A stretch of 44,042 nucleotides of DNA from Patescibacteria group bacterium (GTDB taxonomy: Bacteria; Patescibacteriota; Patescibacteriia; Magasanikbacterales; GWA2-37-8), in the NCBI GenBank assembly GCA_004321885.1, contig SCQK01000008.1:1-44042 (forward strand), written 5' to 3'. The position numbers and the translations under genes were made by a program. The notes below the pieces were generated by a model that searched no databases, was not told the DNA's origin, and saw nothing but the letters and a program-made list of their open reading frames with translations. Shown in pieces: positions 1 through 9,154 of this stretch (position 1 is its first letter; the number at the start of each line of letters is the position of its first letter).

Positions 1-1299
1 TACAGTTTTTTTAATCAAATCAACCAAATTTGGGTGATAGTGTTCATATTGATTTTTTCCTTCTTTATTTAAATATATTTTAAACCACTCTGGATGGGAA
101 CTGCGATAGTAATCGGCCATGCCAGCAATTGTTTTGAATCCGGTGTTCATTTCTTTGGCCAACCCGCCGTTAGTCATCCATCCTTCCGGCGCTATTTCAC
201 CTCTTTCATCCGCTTTCTGTTTAATCAAATTTATCAAGTCATGGTGATAATGTTCTGATGGTCTTGCTTTTTTATCTAAGTATATTTTAAACCACTCTGG
301 ATGATATCGGCGATGAATTTGGGCTAAGGATCGTACGAAATTCCAACTTACCCCCAATAAAACAGCCACCCCACCATTAGTCATCCATCCTTCCGGCGCT
401 AATTCACCCCTTTCTTCTATATTTCTTTTTATTAGATTAATTAAATCTGGATGAAAATGCTCGTTTGGTTTATGTGCCTTGTCTAAGTATATTTTAAACC
501 ACTCTGGATGGGAACTGCGATAGTGATCGGCCATGTCAGCAATTGTTTTGCATCCGGTGTTCATTTCTTTGGCCACCTCCCTATTAGTCATCCATCCTTC
601 CGGCGCCAACTCCCTTTCTTCTATATTTCTTTTTATTAGATTAATTAAATCTGGATGAAAATGCTCGCGGGCGCTTTTACTGGATTTTTCTAAATACATT
701 TGAAACCATTCAGGATGAGAATGGCGATGTGGTGCTGCAAGTAATTTTATACTTGAATTACTAATATCTAATATTTCAGCTAATCCATTATTGGTTTTCC
801 AATCATCTGGTGCTGTGGTTCCCCTGTTAGATAGTGTCAGTTTTATTAAGTCGATTAAATTTGGATGGTAATGTTCGGTTGGCTTATTTGATTTGTCTAG
901 GTATGTTTTAAACCATTCTGGGTGCGAATTGCGATAAGCGTTTGCTAAATTATTGATTATTTTTCTTCCGGCTTTAAGTTCTCTCTCTAAACCAAAATTT
1001 GTAAACCAGCCGTTAGGAGGCTGTGGTACCCTTTTGTTTAGGTACTCTCTTATTAGATTTATCAGATTCGGATGTAAATATTCGTGTTTATTCTGTCTAT
1101 TTCCTAGATATATCTTAAACCATTCTGGGTGAGAATCGCGATAAGAATTAGCCGTTGACTCTATGAGATAGGAACTAACATTAAAAGATTTCGCCACCCC
1201 GTTATTAGTCATCCATCCTTCCGGAGCCCTTTCGGCTTTCTCTGTTTTTTCAATTGTTTGTACTACCGGTGTTATACCTCCTTCTGGTTTTCTATTCAT
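1..1299 (-). CDS. Partial (3' end beyond the window) tandem-repeat protein. It has at least 6 copies of a roughly 80-aa repeat (…APEGWMTNxGxAKxxN…YRxSHPEWFKIYLDKxxKPxEHxHPxLIxLIK…). Each repeat contains an HTH-like W-x-T-x-x-x-A motif.
   Basis: A minus-strand ATG at 1299 (the plus strand reads 'cat' at 1297-1299). The frame stays open to position 1. The roughly 240-bp DNA repeats are near-identical, for example 70-190 versus 490-600. The ORF track omitted it because it runs off the window edge. Confidence 0.5.
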   Translation of the reverse strand, partial: MNRKPEGGITPVVQTIEKTEKAERAPEGWMTNNGVAKSFNVSSYLIESTANSYRDSHPEWFKIYLGNRQNKHEYLHPNLINLIREYLNKRVPQPPNGWFTNFGLERELKAGRKIINNLANAYRNSHPEWFKTYLDKSNKPTEHYHPNLIDLIKLTLSNRGTTAPDDWKTNNGLAEILDISNSSIKLLAAPHRHSHPEWFQMYLEKSSKSAREHFHPDLINLIKRNIEERELAPEGWMTNREVAKEMNTGCKTIADMADHYRSSHPEWFKIYLDKAHKPNEHFHPDLINLIKRNIEERGELAPEGWMTNGGVAVLLGVSWNFVRSLAQIHRRYHPEWFKIYLDKKARPSEHYHHDLINLIKQKADERGEIAPEGWMTNGGLAKEMNTGFKTIAGMADYYRSSHPEWFKIYLNKEGKNQYEHYHPNLVDLIKKTV

Positions 1300-1357
1300 A
1301 TCTTAGTGTTTATTATGGCTATATTTTACCTTTTTTATAGCACCGTGTCCATTAATG

Positions 1358-1392
1358 AAAACCCAGCGGTTTTATGCGCTGGGTTTTTGTGT
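1358..1392 (+). terminator. GC hairpin (aaaacccagcg…cgctgggtttt) followed by a T-tract. It looks like an intrinsic terminator and may be bidirectional.
   Basis: A perfect 11-bp inverted repeat with an 8-nt loop, followed by tttttgtgtttt. Confidence 0.4.
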
Positions 1393-1464
1393 TTTGTCAT
1401 AGGAACCACAGAAAATGTGTGAGAGGGGCAGCGCGACGTGAGTCGGCTGCCCCCCCTCTTTCTC

Positions 1465-1782
1465 CTAGTCTGGTATTTCAAGCGGATAAGCGCGCATGGG
1501 GCGTTCGATGCCCAGCGCCTGGCTGATGTCTTTGGGGCGGTTGAAGGTTTTGCCGTCAACTTCCACCTTGGTCAGACGGACCACACCGCCGTCAGTGGTG
1601 ATGTTGGGGATGCAGATTCCCCGGTACCCAACGGCTACGATCAAGCCCGGCTTGAAGGACAACACCTCCCTATATCGAGCGCTTACCTTGTTGTGTGGGT
1701 ATGGCTCGACTTCGAGTACACGGAACACCGTGTTGCCGATGCGGAGGGTTCTGCCGATAACCTCACGTCCAAAGAGCAGCAT
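1465..1782 (-). CDS. Hypothetical 105-aa protein. It may be a small beta-barrel of PUA/ASCH type, but that is unclear.
   Basis: Clean ORF. Every plus-strand ORF overlapping it looks like antisense shadow. Confidence 0.35.
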   Translation of the reverse strand: MLLFGREVIGRTLRIGNTVFRVLEVEPYPHNKVSARYREVLSFKPGLIVAVGYRGICIPNITTDGGVVRLTKVEVDGKTFNRPKDISQALGIERPMRAYPLEIPD

Positions 1783-1867
1783 GCCATGTCTCCTTGTTGG
1801 CGGTTTTAAGTCTGTCCGTTGTTTAAAACACTAATCTGAAAATACTGGCTTGTCAATATTATTGTAC

Positions 1868-1913
1868 AAAAAACCAGCCCTCCGAAGTTATATCGGAGGG
1901 CTGTTGTATTTTT
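1868..1913. terminator. Bidirectional intrinsic terminator (cagccctccga-agttatat-cggagggctg). It is T-rich on both sides.
   Basis: A perfect 10-11-bp stem. It sits downstream of the 3' end of the minus-strand SPFH gene. Confidence 0.55.
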
Positions 1914-1927
1914 GGACGATTGGCGAA

Positions 1928-1964
1928 AGGGATTCCTCCCCGCCCTGGGCGGGTCGGAATGACA
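1928..1964. repeat. P6-family element (gggattcYtccccgcccYgggcRggtcRgaatgaca).
   Basis: A near-identical copy at 3108-3143 and an inverted partial copy at 28543-28578. Confidence 0.6.
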
Positions 1965-1970
1965 AAACCT

Positions 1971-2005
1971 CACCCCCTGCCCCTCCCCTTATAGGGGAGG
2001 GTGCG
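1971..2005. repeat. P1 palindromic element (CCCTCCCC-TTATA-GGGGAGGG with one extended arm).
   Basis: One of about 16 copies of this family in the window. Confidence 0.7.
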
Positions 2006-2006
2006 A

Positions 2007-2777
2007 TTAAACCCTCGGCGGGAGGTTTTCTTTATTCAAGAATTTTTTGATGTCGTCTATCGTACTCATGAATTGCGCCGGGAAGATGATGGTGGAATTT
2101 TTTTCAATGCTGATTTCCGCCATGGTCTGCAAGTTGCGCAGTTGCAGGGCGATGGGGTGGGCCATCATCACGTCGGCGGTATCGGCCAGTTTTTGCGAGG
2201 CCAGGAATTCGCCCTCGGCCGCGATGATTTTGGCGCGCTTTTCCCGTTCGGCTTCGGCCTGTTTGGCCATGGCCCTTTGCATGCCCTCGGGCAGTTCAAT
2301 ATCTTTTATTTCCACCACGGCCACGACCACGCCCCAGGCCTCGGTGTGCGCGTCCAACACCTTGGCGATTTCTTTGTTGATGGTTTCGCGCTCGCTTAGT
2401 ATTTCGTCCAATTGAAATTTGCCCACGATGTTTCGCACCGAGGTTTGCGCGATTTGGTTGATGGCCGACATTACGTTTTCAATGGCCACGATGCTTTTGA
2501 TGGAGTCCACAATTTTATAATAAGCCACGGCCGACACGTCCACGGACACGTTGTCTTTGGTAATAATTTTCTGCGGCGGAATGGGCAGGGTAACGGTGCG
2601 AAAATCCACCTTGCGCATCTGTTCAATAATTGGAATAATCCAGCTTAAGCCGGGTTCTTTGACGCGCACGATTTTACCCAGGCGGAAAACCACGCCTTTT
2701 TGGTATTGCTGGACAATGCGCAGGCCCCAGAAAATGACGATGACCGCGATGACTATAATCCACCATGTTAGCGACAT
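2007..2777 (-). CDS. SPFH/band-7 (stomatin/HflC-like) membrane protein of about 256 aa.
   Basis: N-terminal TM (MSLTWWIIVIAVIVIFWGL), then a typical SPFH body and coiled-coil (…EREKRAKIIAAEGE…). The start is set at the internal ATG at 2775-2777. The upstream extension consists of repeat DNA. Confidence 0.8.
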   Translation of the reverse strand: MSLTWWIIVIAVIVIFWGLRIVQQYQKGVVFRLGKIVRVKEPGLSWIIPIIEQMRKVDFRTVTLPIPPQKIITKDNVSVDVSAVAYYKIVDSIKSIVAIENVMSAINQIAQTSVRNIVGKFQLDEILSERETINKEIAKVLDAHTEAWGVVVAVVEIKDIELPEGMQRAMAKQAEAEREKRAKIIAAEGEFLASQKLADTADVMMAHPIALQLRNLQTMAEISIEKNSTIIFPAQFMSTIDDIKKFLNKENLPPRV

Positions 2778-2802
2778 ATGGTTTTGATTAGTGAATGAGT
2801 AC

Positions 2803-2840
2803 CCCTCTCTATCTCTCCCCTTATCAAGGGGAGAGAAAAG
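2803..2840. repeat. P1 palindromic element, CTCTC variant (ctctcccc-ttatcaa-ggggagag).
   Basis: Inverted repeat in the SPFH 5' region. Confidence 0.6.
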
Positions 2841-2886
2841 TAAGTGTACAGTACAATACCTCTGTTTTTTTGTCCACAGGGGTGGC

Positions 2887-2914
2887 TTGCGTGAAAAAAA
2901 ATATCTGCTATAAT
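2887..2914 (+). promoter_or_regulatory. Sigma70-like promoter: TTGCGT, a 16-nt spacer, TATAAT.
   Basis: -35 element at 2887-2892 and a consensus -10 at 2909-2914. It would drive the DUF4430 / surface-protein operon. Confidence 0.45.
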
Positions 2915-3101
2915 GCACTGGCGACAATTCAAGTGTATTTGTGGAAGTGAGGTATCGGGCTTTTGGCCCTTAATTCCTCCACTGTGCCGCAACGGTAATG
3001 GTCGCCTTCGGCGACCGAGTCCGGTCTTCAAATATACTAAATCTCCCGAGCAGGAAATATTGTTTTCGCGTCAATTTCTGCTCGGCAGAAATTTTTTTGT
3101 T

Positions 3102-3716
3102 ATGAAAGGGATTCTTCCCCGCCCCGGGCAGGTCAGAATGACAATCGGGATGTTGATTTTGCTGATTTTAATCGCGATAGCGAGCGGGGTGTGGTTGTTG
3201 TTGGCAGAACAGAAAGATGCGAATACCCCTCTCTCTGTCTCTCCCCTAAAGGGGGAGAGAAGTTTGGATGCCTCTCCCCCTCCTGACATTCAGGCTCCAC
3301 AGCCCCGACGTAAAGTCGGGGACTATGGAGCCAGCCTCGTTACCCCTCCCCAACCCTCCTCCCGAAACAAGTTCGGGACAAGCTCTTATAAAGTGGAGGG
3401 TACGGCCACGAGCGCGCCGGTCGTTGGCGCGAAAATGCTCATCGGCGGGCAAGAGTTTATTTTTTCCGTCCCCGCGGGCGCCACGGTTTATGACGCCATG
3501 AAACAGCTGGCGGATGAGAAAAAAATATTTTTCAGCGGCAAAGAATACGCGGGCATGGGATTTTTTGCGGAAGAAATAAACGGCTTGCAAAACGGTGACG
3601 GCGGCAAGTATTGGATTTATTATGTCAACGGCCAGCAGGCAAAAGTAGGAGTCTCAAGTTATTTAATTAAATCAAGTGACATAATTTCTTGGGTGTATGA
3701 AAACGAAAAATTTTAG
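3102..3716 (+). CDS. DUF4430-like (transcobalamin-like C-terminal domain) membrane-anchored protein. The start is ambiguous among ATGs at 3102, 3138 and 3150.
   Basis: N-terminal TM (MLILLILIAIASGVWLLLA). The C-terminus (GKYWIYYVNGQQAKVGVSSYLIKSSDIISWVYE) matches the DUF4430 pattern. The linker contains two in-frame palindromic elements. The ATG at 3138 lies inside a P6 element. Confidence 0.55.
   Translation: MKGILPRPGQVRMTIGMLILLILIAIASGVWLLLAEQKDANTPLSVSPLKGERSLDASPPPDIQAPQPRRKVGDYGASLVTPPQPSSRNKFGTSSYKVEGTATSAPVVGAKMLIGGQEFIFSVPAGATVYDAMKQLADEKKIFFSGKEYAGMGFFAEEINGLQNGDGGKYWIYYVNGQQAKVGVSSYLIKSSDIISWVYENEKF
3108..3143. repeat. P6-family element; it overlaps the probable start codon.
   Basis: Compare the copy at 1928-1964. 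Confidence 0.6.
3226..3262. repeat. P1 palindromic element, in-frame inside the CDS (it encodes …PLSVSPLKGERS…).
   Basis: cccctctctctgtctctcccc-taaag-ggggagagaag. Confidence 0.65.
3295..3335. repeat. P2 hairpin element (gctccacagccccgac-gtaaa-gtcggggactatggagc), in-frame inside the CDS (it encodes …APQPRRKVGDYGAS…).
   Basis: A second copy lies at 40567-40606, intergenic. Confidence 0.65.
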
Positions 3717-5862
3717 AGGAGCAATTTTTGTCAACATCGTATTTTTTTTGGCAATAAGCGCGGCGGTTTTTTACGCGACGCCGGCGCAAGCGGATGAGGC
3801 GACCACTTCCACGCCCGCCTCCACCATTATCGTGCGCCATGAAAATCAAGTTGTGTTTAGCGGCTCTGCGCCCTTAGCCGCCACCATCTATCACGATGAC
3901 GTAAATAATATTGATTACACGTTGGCCACCGGCACGGTTTTTTCCGCCCTGGCGGCCGCGGACAATGCCAGCGCGGCCTTTGATATTACGGACGCGCAAT
4001 TTAATTCCGGCTTCAACAGTTTTTACGTGGCCTGCCTGGCCATCGCCAGCTCCACCAGCAGTACTGCGCCGCAAAATGCCTGCGCTAATTGGAACTATGT
4101 CGTGAACAATACTTACCCAAGCGTGGGCATGGATAAATATAATTTAAGCGGGGGCGAAACAGTATACGTGTATTTTTCCGATTCATGGAAAATTTCCGCT
4201 TCTACCAGCACCTTTCCGGCCAATACCACGACTACCCTGCAAACCTGGCGCTACCAATACGATAACACGGCCGAGCCCTGGGCGCCGGACGGCAATGACC
4301 TGATTGATATTTCCGTCAGCAATCCCTCGTCAACCGGCTGGTGGGACGCGACTATCACCGCTACCACCACACAAAGCAATGCCGGCGGCGCAGTTGATTT
4401 TAAGTTCGCGGCCACGGGCACATATTTCGCCAAAATCACATCGCTTGACTGGTCAAAATGGAGCAATCCCATCACCCTTTCCGTGTTGCCCGCTCTTGAA
4501 GTTGCGGCCGCAACCACCAGCGCCGAGCAAATCAACGCGGCAGTGGCGAAAGTTTTGAATTTTTTGAGAACAAAACAGGGCGCGGACGGCGCAATTGCGG
4601 ATTTGGGCACATCGGATTGGGCCGCCATGTCTTTTGCCGCGAGCAACACTTACGCGGCCGATGTCAAAAGCGCCGGCGCCTCGCTGGGAGAATTTTTAAG
4701 CGGCGCCGAAGCGACCACATCCACGGACCCGCTTAATATCTGCGCCGGCTATGCCCGGCACGCGCTGGGTTTGCTGGCCGCCGGAATTGATAAAAGCGAC
4801 GTCAAGATAGTTGAATTGAAAGACAAAATAAAAACCCGGTGTTATGCGGCCGGAATTGTGGGCAAAGCAGGCATCAACGATGATATTTTTATTTTGTTGG
4901 CCCTGCTGGCGGCCGATGAAAGCGTGGACAGCGAAATCGCGCAGGCCGCGCTAACGGCCGTCAAAACCGACCAGCAGGCAAGCGGCGCTTTTACCTGGAG
5001 CGGCTGGCCCGGCCAGGATGTAACCGGCGCGGCCATAAACGCGCTGAAATACGCGGCCGGCCGCGGCGCCGCAGTGGACGCGTCTGTGTTTGACAACGCG
5101 AAAAATTATTTGCGTTCCACCCAGTTGCCCGATGGCGGCTGGGGATTTGGCGCGGCCGACGCACTGACGACTGGCTGGGCGATGTATGGTCTAAACGCGC
5201 TGGGCGAAGGCCAAAGCCAATGGACAAACGCCCAGGGGAAAAATCCGTGGTCCGTGCTGGTCGGCACACTGGGCGCGGGCGGATATTATGAAACTGCCTG
5301 GAGCGCCGACGGCATTGATTGGTTTGCCACCAAGCACGCCGTGCCGGCCCTGCTGGGAAAATCATGGCCAGTTGTTTTGGCTCCGCGATATGTTGCCGCG
5401 CCTGCCTCGCCGGCAGTCGGCGGTTCTTCGCCGCCCGACGCGTCGCCTATAGACGCGCCGGTTTATTCCGTTCCGATTAGTTCATCTTTGCCCGGGATAG
5501 TTTCTTTCAGCGCCGTCACTGCCCCAAACAGCGCGGCCGCCGCGACTATTGTTGAAAGCGATAATGCCGCTATTTCGCCGCCAAACGCTCGCATCATCAA
5601 GTCGCTCAGGCAATTCGTCGCGTCTAAAAGCAAAGTGTTGCAAACCGCGGCCGGAATTAAAGCCGCCCCTGCCGGCGCCGCCAGCGAACAAAAAATCGCT
5701 TCACAAAAAATCGGTCGCCTAAGGCGACCGACTGCCATCGCGGAGGAAAAAAATCCCCGTGAAAATCCCCGCGCAAAAATTAAAGTTATATTTTACGCTT
5801 CGGCAATCGGCGTCGTGCTGGCCGGGCTATACCTGGGGCGTGGTCTGCTCGGGAAGGTTTGA
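3697..5862 (+). CDS. Secreted or surface protein of 721 aa with prenyltransferase/terpene-cyclase-type alpha-alpha toroid repeats and a C-terminal membrane anchor.
   Basis: Signal peptide (…ATPAQA). Repeated Q-x-x-DGGW / GWxxxGxxxAL motifs (QLPDGGWGFGAADALTTGWAMYGLNALG, QQASGAFTWSGWPG…). C-terminal TM (VIFYASAIGVVLAGLYL). It overlaps the DUF4430 gene by 20 nt, so the two form an operon. Confidence 0.7.
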   Translation: MKTKNFRGAIFVNIVFFLAISAAVFYATPAQADEATTSTPASTIIVRHENQVVFSGSAPLAATIYHDDVNNIDYTLATGTVFSALAAADNASAAFDITDAQFNSGFNSFYVACLAIASSTSSTAPQNACANWNYVVNNTYPSVGMDKYNLSGGETVYVYFSDSWKISASTSTFPANTTTTLQTWRYQYDNTAEPWAPDGNDLIDISVSNPSSTGWWDATITATTTQSNAGGAVDFKFAATGTYFAKITSLDWSKWSNPITLSVLPALEVAAATTSAEQINAAVAKVLNFLRTKQGADGAIADLGTSDWAAMSFAASNTYAADVKSAGASLGEFLSGAEATTSTDPLNICAGYARHALGLLAAGIDKSDVKIVELKDKIKTRCYAAGIVGKAGINDDIFILLALLAADESVDSEIAQAALTAVKTDQQASGAFTWSGWPGQDVTGAAINALKYAAGRGAAVDASVFDNAKNYLRSTQLPDGGWGFGAADALTTGWAMYGLNALGEGQSQWTNAQGKNPWSVLVGTLGAGGYYETAWSADGIDWFATKHAVPALLGKSWPVVLAPRYVAAPASPAVGGSSPPDASPIDAPVYSVPISSSLPGIVSFSAVTAPNSAAAATIVESDNAAISPPNARIIKSLRQFVASKSKVLQTAAGIKAAPAGAASEQKIASQKIGRLRRPTAIAEEKNPRENPRAKIKVIFYASAIGVVLAGLYLGRGLLGKV

Positions 5863-6594
5863 AACCGGATTGGCTTTGGCGCTCGCGTAAAGAGCAATCG
5901 CGGCCAGCGCCGAGAGCGGAGTGAAGATGGCGTTGATGGCCGAGCTGATAATACTTGTGGAAATTTCGCGCGTGAACTCGTCTTTGACCAGTAGGCCAAA
6001 CGGCGCGCTCAAAATCAGCGCAATAAGCGAAGACCCCAGGCCGATGACAACCGCTGGCGCGAGCAAGCGCCAAAGTATTCCCCACCAGCGGCCGGCCACC
6101 ATGGCCTTGCTTTCGCGCAAGGCGCTCATTCCGGTTTTGCCTTCCAAAGCCACGATATAGAAAACAAACGAATACCAGACCGAAAAAATAATACCCGGGA
6201 CAATGAGCAGGAAAGTGCCTCCTAAAATAATAATCCCCGCGAGCAGAGACGTGTACACGACCGGCCAAATTAAATTATTGCTTTGGCTGAAAGTTTCTTT
6301 CCAGTGCGGCAGTGGCTGGTCTTCCACCAATTTGAGCAGGGCGCGCGATAGGGCAATGGCGGCCCACAGCATAAATACCAGCCCGATGGCCACCAATCCA
6401 AAAAACAGCGCCAGCGCGCCGATCGCGGTCTTGGATGGGCCAAAAATTGAATAAAGGTAGGTGTTGGCGGTGTCAAGTATAAACAAAATTACGGTTGGCA
6501 AAAATATAAGCAACATGTAATTGCTTAGGTTTTTCCAGTTTTTTTTGTACAAATTCCAGCTTTTGCTTAAAATTTCTTCGGTGGAGATGAGCAT
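5827..6594 (-). CDS. Polytopic integral membrane protein of 255 aa with no assigned function.
   Basis: Several hydrophobic segments. It overlaps the tail of the convergent surface-protein gene. Confidence 0.55.
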   Translation of the reverse strand: MLISTEEILSKSWNLYKKNWKNLSNYMLLIFLPTVILFILDTANTYLYSIFGPSKTAIGALALFFGLVAIGLVFMLWAAIALSRALLKLVEDQPLPHWKETFSQSNNLIWPVVYTSLLAGIIILGGTFLLIVPGIIFSVWYSFVFYIVALEGKTGMSALRESKAMVAGRWWGILWRLLAPAVVIGLGSSLIALILSAPFGLLVKDEFTREISTSIISSAINAIFTPLSALAAIALYASAKANPVSNLPEQTTPQV

Positions 6595-6601
6595 AAGTGT
6601 A

Positions 6602-7300
6602 TTATAAAATAGTTTTTAATAAAGCCACGGCCTTTTGTTTTATTATATCAATTTTATCGGCAGTGGACAAGTAGTGAACGGCTGTGCCACGGTCGGTAAA
6701 GATTTTTTGGTACTCGGGATTTTTGAATTGCGCTTCGGCTTTTTTCAAAAATTCCAGTTTTTCAAAAACAGCATTATCTTTTTTATCGCCCCTTTCGTTC
6801 AGCCGCGCCAGGGCTTCTTCGGCCTGGAGGTCGCAGATAATCAGATGGTCGGGGCGATGTTCCAAAGCCAGAGCGTTGCCGGGAAGCGCGGCTATCCCGG
6901 CGAAGTTCATTTCGCCTCCAAATGTTTGGTAGGCCAGCGAAGTGCTAAACGAGCGGTCGGCGATAATACAACGGCCATCGGCCAGCAGTGGGATATACAT
7001 TTTTTTATATAAAATTAAGCGGTCAAGCGAATAGGCCTGGGCAATGGCGGCCATGGAATAATTATTGCCATTTTTTATCAGCTCTTCACGGATGACTTTA
7101 CCCACGCCTGTGTAGGTGGGCTCGGCGGAAAAAATAAAATCATACGGGCGCGTTTCCGTCAGGGACGGGTATTCACATGTTTCTTTAATATAATTTTTCA
7201 AATCAAAAATACCGTTGCCTTCGGCCGCCAACTCTTCTTTCCAAAAATTAATAATTGTTCCCTTGCCGCTACCGTCAATGCCGTCTATGACAATGAACAT
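6602..7300 (-). CDS. tmk: Thymidylate kinase.
   Basis: P-loop FIVIDGIDGSGKGT and the DRS…SLAYQ motif. Confidence 0.75.
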   Translation of the reverse strand: MFIVIDGIDGSGKGTIINFWKEELAAEGNGIFDLKNYIKETCEYPSLTETRPYDFIFSAEPTYTGVGKVIREELIKNGNNYSMAAIAQAYSLDRLILYKKMYIPLLADGRCIIADRSFSTSLAYQTFGGEMNFAGIAALPGNALALEHRPDHLIICDLQAEEALARLNERGDKKDNAVFEKLEFLKKAEAQFKNPEYQKIFTDRGTAVHYLSTADKIDIIKQKAVALLKTIL

Positions 7301-7339
7301 ATACCTAAATTTTCAATTCGCAAATTGATAAATTGAAAA

Positions 7340-7846
7340 TTATTTTACCCGATACTTTACCTGCACCACGTTTGTATCAAGTTGTTTGGTCTCCAAAAGT
7401 TCCAAATTCAAATCCACGTCCGCGCCTAAAAAAAGCGGCAGGCCTTTGCCAAAAAGTTTGGGCTCTATCGTGAGCCAGGTTTCATTTATCAGCCCCTCTG
7501 TCAAAAATATCCCGTTGATGGTGGCCCCGCCGCCGATGATGACCGAAGAAAAGCCGCGCTGTTCCAAGTCGGCCAAAAGTTCTTTTGGTTGCTTGTCAGT
7601 ATATTCTACCGAGCCGGCAATATTTTTGCTCGCGTCGGGTTTGCGGGTCATGACAACGATGAGCCGGCCAGGCAAGGGCTTGCCTACTGTGGCATAAGTG
7701 GCCTGGCCGAAAATAATGACACCGGCTTTTTTGGTTTCTTCCACGAACATTTTTTTGTCGGCCTTGCTGGTCCAGTCGGCCGTATGCTTGCTGTCCCGAC
7801 CGATGAGCCCGTCCGCCGTAACGGCCATTAGTAATATAGTTTTCAT
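7340..7846 (-). CDS. Dihydrofolate reductase family protein (DHFR / RibD-C fold).
   Basis: MKTILLMAVTADGLIGRD…GVIIFGQATYATVGKPLPGRLIVVMTR. It overlaps the thyA stop by 4 nt. Confidence 0.65.
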   Translation of the reverse strand: MKTILLMAVTADGLIGRDSKHTADWTSKADKKMFVEETKKAGVIIFGQATYATVGKPLPGRLIVVMTRKPDASKNIAGSVEYTDKQPKELLADLEQRGFSSVIIGGGATINGIFLTEGLINETWLTIEPKLFGKGLPLFLGADVDLNLELLETKQLDTNVVQVKYRVK

Positions 7847-8715
7847 ACAGCTATCTCAAAATTTATTTTCGGATAACTTTGGTAATTTAGAATTTTCGTG
7901 TCCTCGTACTTCCAGTCAAAAATGGAAGTGAAATTTTCGGTTTGGATTTGCGGCAGGGGGTAAGTGTTCGGGTCGCGGGTGAGTTGTTCTTTCATTCCCT
8001 CAACGTGGTTTAAGTATATGTGGGTGTCCGCCAAAAATCCCACGAGTTTTCCTTCTTGGTAGCCCGTTTCTTTTGCCAACAGATGAAGCAGGGTGGCGTA
8101 GCTGGCGATGTTAAACGGCAGGCCGAGCGCCGTGTCCACGGTTCGCTGGCTCCAAAGCAAATTTAGCCGACCAGACATCACGGTCACTTGAAAACCAAAA
8201 TGGCAGAAAGGCGGGTTTACTATGTCCCTGTCCATCGGGTTCCAAGCCAAAACCATCATTCGTCTGCTGTGGGGGATCGATTTTAGGTCGTCAACCGTTC
8301 TTTTTAATTGGTCAACTCCCTGGCCGGTGTAGTCCACATCATATCCGGCGTACTTGGCGCCGAAATGTCGCCACTGCCAGCCGTAGATGGGTCCAAGGTC
8401 GCGTTCCTCCAACATTTTCTTTTTTGATTCTTCGTCGTGGCTGTATGGCACTTTGGCCGGCGTGCACCACTCATCCCAGATGTGATTATTTCGGTCTTGC
8501 AGCCATTTTTTGTCGCTGATACCCTTGATGAAAAATTCCAGTTCCGAGGCCACCAGGCGATAGGGAATTTTTTTGGTGGTGAGCAAGGGAAAACCCTTGG
8601 ACATGTCGTGTTCAAACAAGGCCCCGGCAATGGCAATAGTGCCGGTGCCGGTACGGTCTTCCTTTTTTTCCCCTTTTTCCAAAATCGCGCGGACAATATC
8701 CAAGTATGCTCGCAT
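7843..8715 (-). CDS. thyA: Thymidylate synthase.
   Basis: DRTGTGT…, FPLLTTKK, and the catalytic region. Collinear with ThyA over its full length. Confidence 0.9.
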   Translation of the reverse strand: MRAYLDIVRAILEKGEKKEDRTGTGTIAIAGALFEHDMSKGFPLLTTKKIPYRLVASELEFFIKGISDKKWLQDRNNHIWDEWCTPAKVPYSHDEESKKKMLEERDLGPIYGWQWRHFGAKYAGYDVDYTGQGVDQLKRTVDDLKSIPHSRRMMVLAWNPMDRDIVNPPFCHFGFQVTVMSGRLNLLWSQRTVDTALGLPFNIASYATLLHLLAKETGYQEGKLVGFLADTHIYLNHVEGMKEQLTRDPNTYPLPQIQTENFTSIFDWKYEDTKILNYQSYPKINFEIAV

Positions 8716-8725
8716 AAAAATATTA

Positions 8726-9154
8726 TTATCCCGTGCTGCCGAAGCCGCCGCGGCTGTCGTCGCTCATTTTATCGGTTTCTTCCCACTCGGCCGTGTCCAC
8801 GCGCAGGAAAGAGGCTTGGGCCACCCGTTCGCCGCGCTCAATTTTGACTTCGGCATCGGTAAAATTGTAGGCCAAAAATTTTATTTCGTCTTCTTCGCCG
8901 TGATAATCCTGATCCACGATGCCGATGCCGTGCGGGGAGAGCAGGCCTTTTCTTTTGGGGGTGCTGGAGCGGGGAGTGACGGCCAGCATATAGCCCTTGG
9001 GGACTTCAATTATAAGATTGGTCGGTATCAGGGCGATGGTTTTGGGCGCGATGGTGATGTCTTCGCGCGAGTACAGGTCAAACGCCACCGAGCCCGGAGT
9101 TTTGTATTCAGGCAGGGGCATGGTTTTATCAATTCGTTTGATTTTTACTCGCAT
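8726..9154 (-). CDS. dut: dUTP diphosphatase.
   Basis: dUTPase motif GIGIVDQDYHGEEDEI. Confidence 0.85.
   Translation of the reverse strand: MRVKIKRIDKTMPLPEYKTPGSVAFDLYSREDITIAPKTIALIPTNLIIEVPKGYMLAVTPRSSTPKRKGLLSPHGIGIVDQDYHGEEDEIKFLAYNFTDAEVKIERGERVAQASFLRVDTAEWEETDKMSDDSRGGFGSTG

Noticed and set aside
2001-2787. Plus-strand ORFs of 78-132 aa across the SPFH gene.
   Set aside because: They are antisense shadows of the SPFH CDS.
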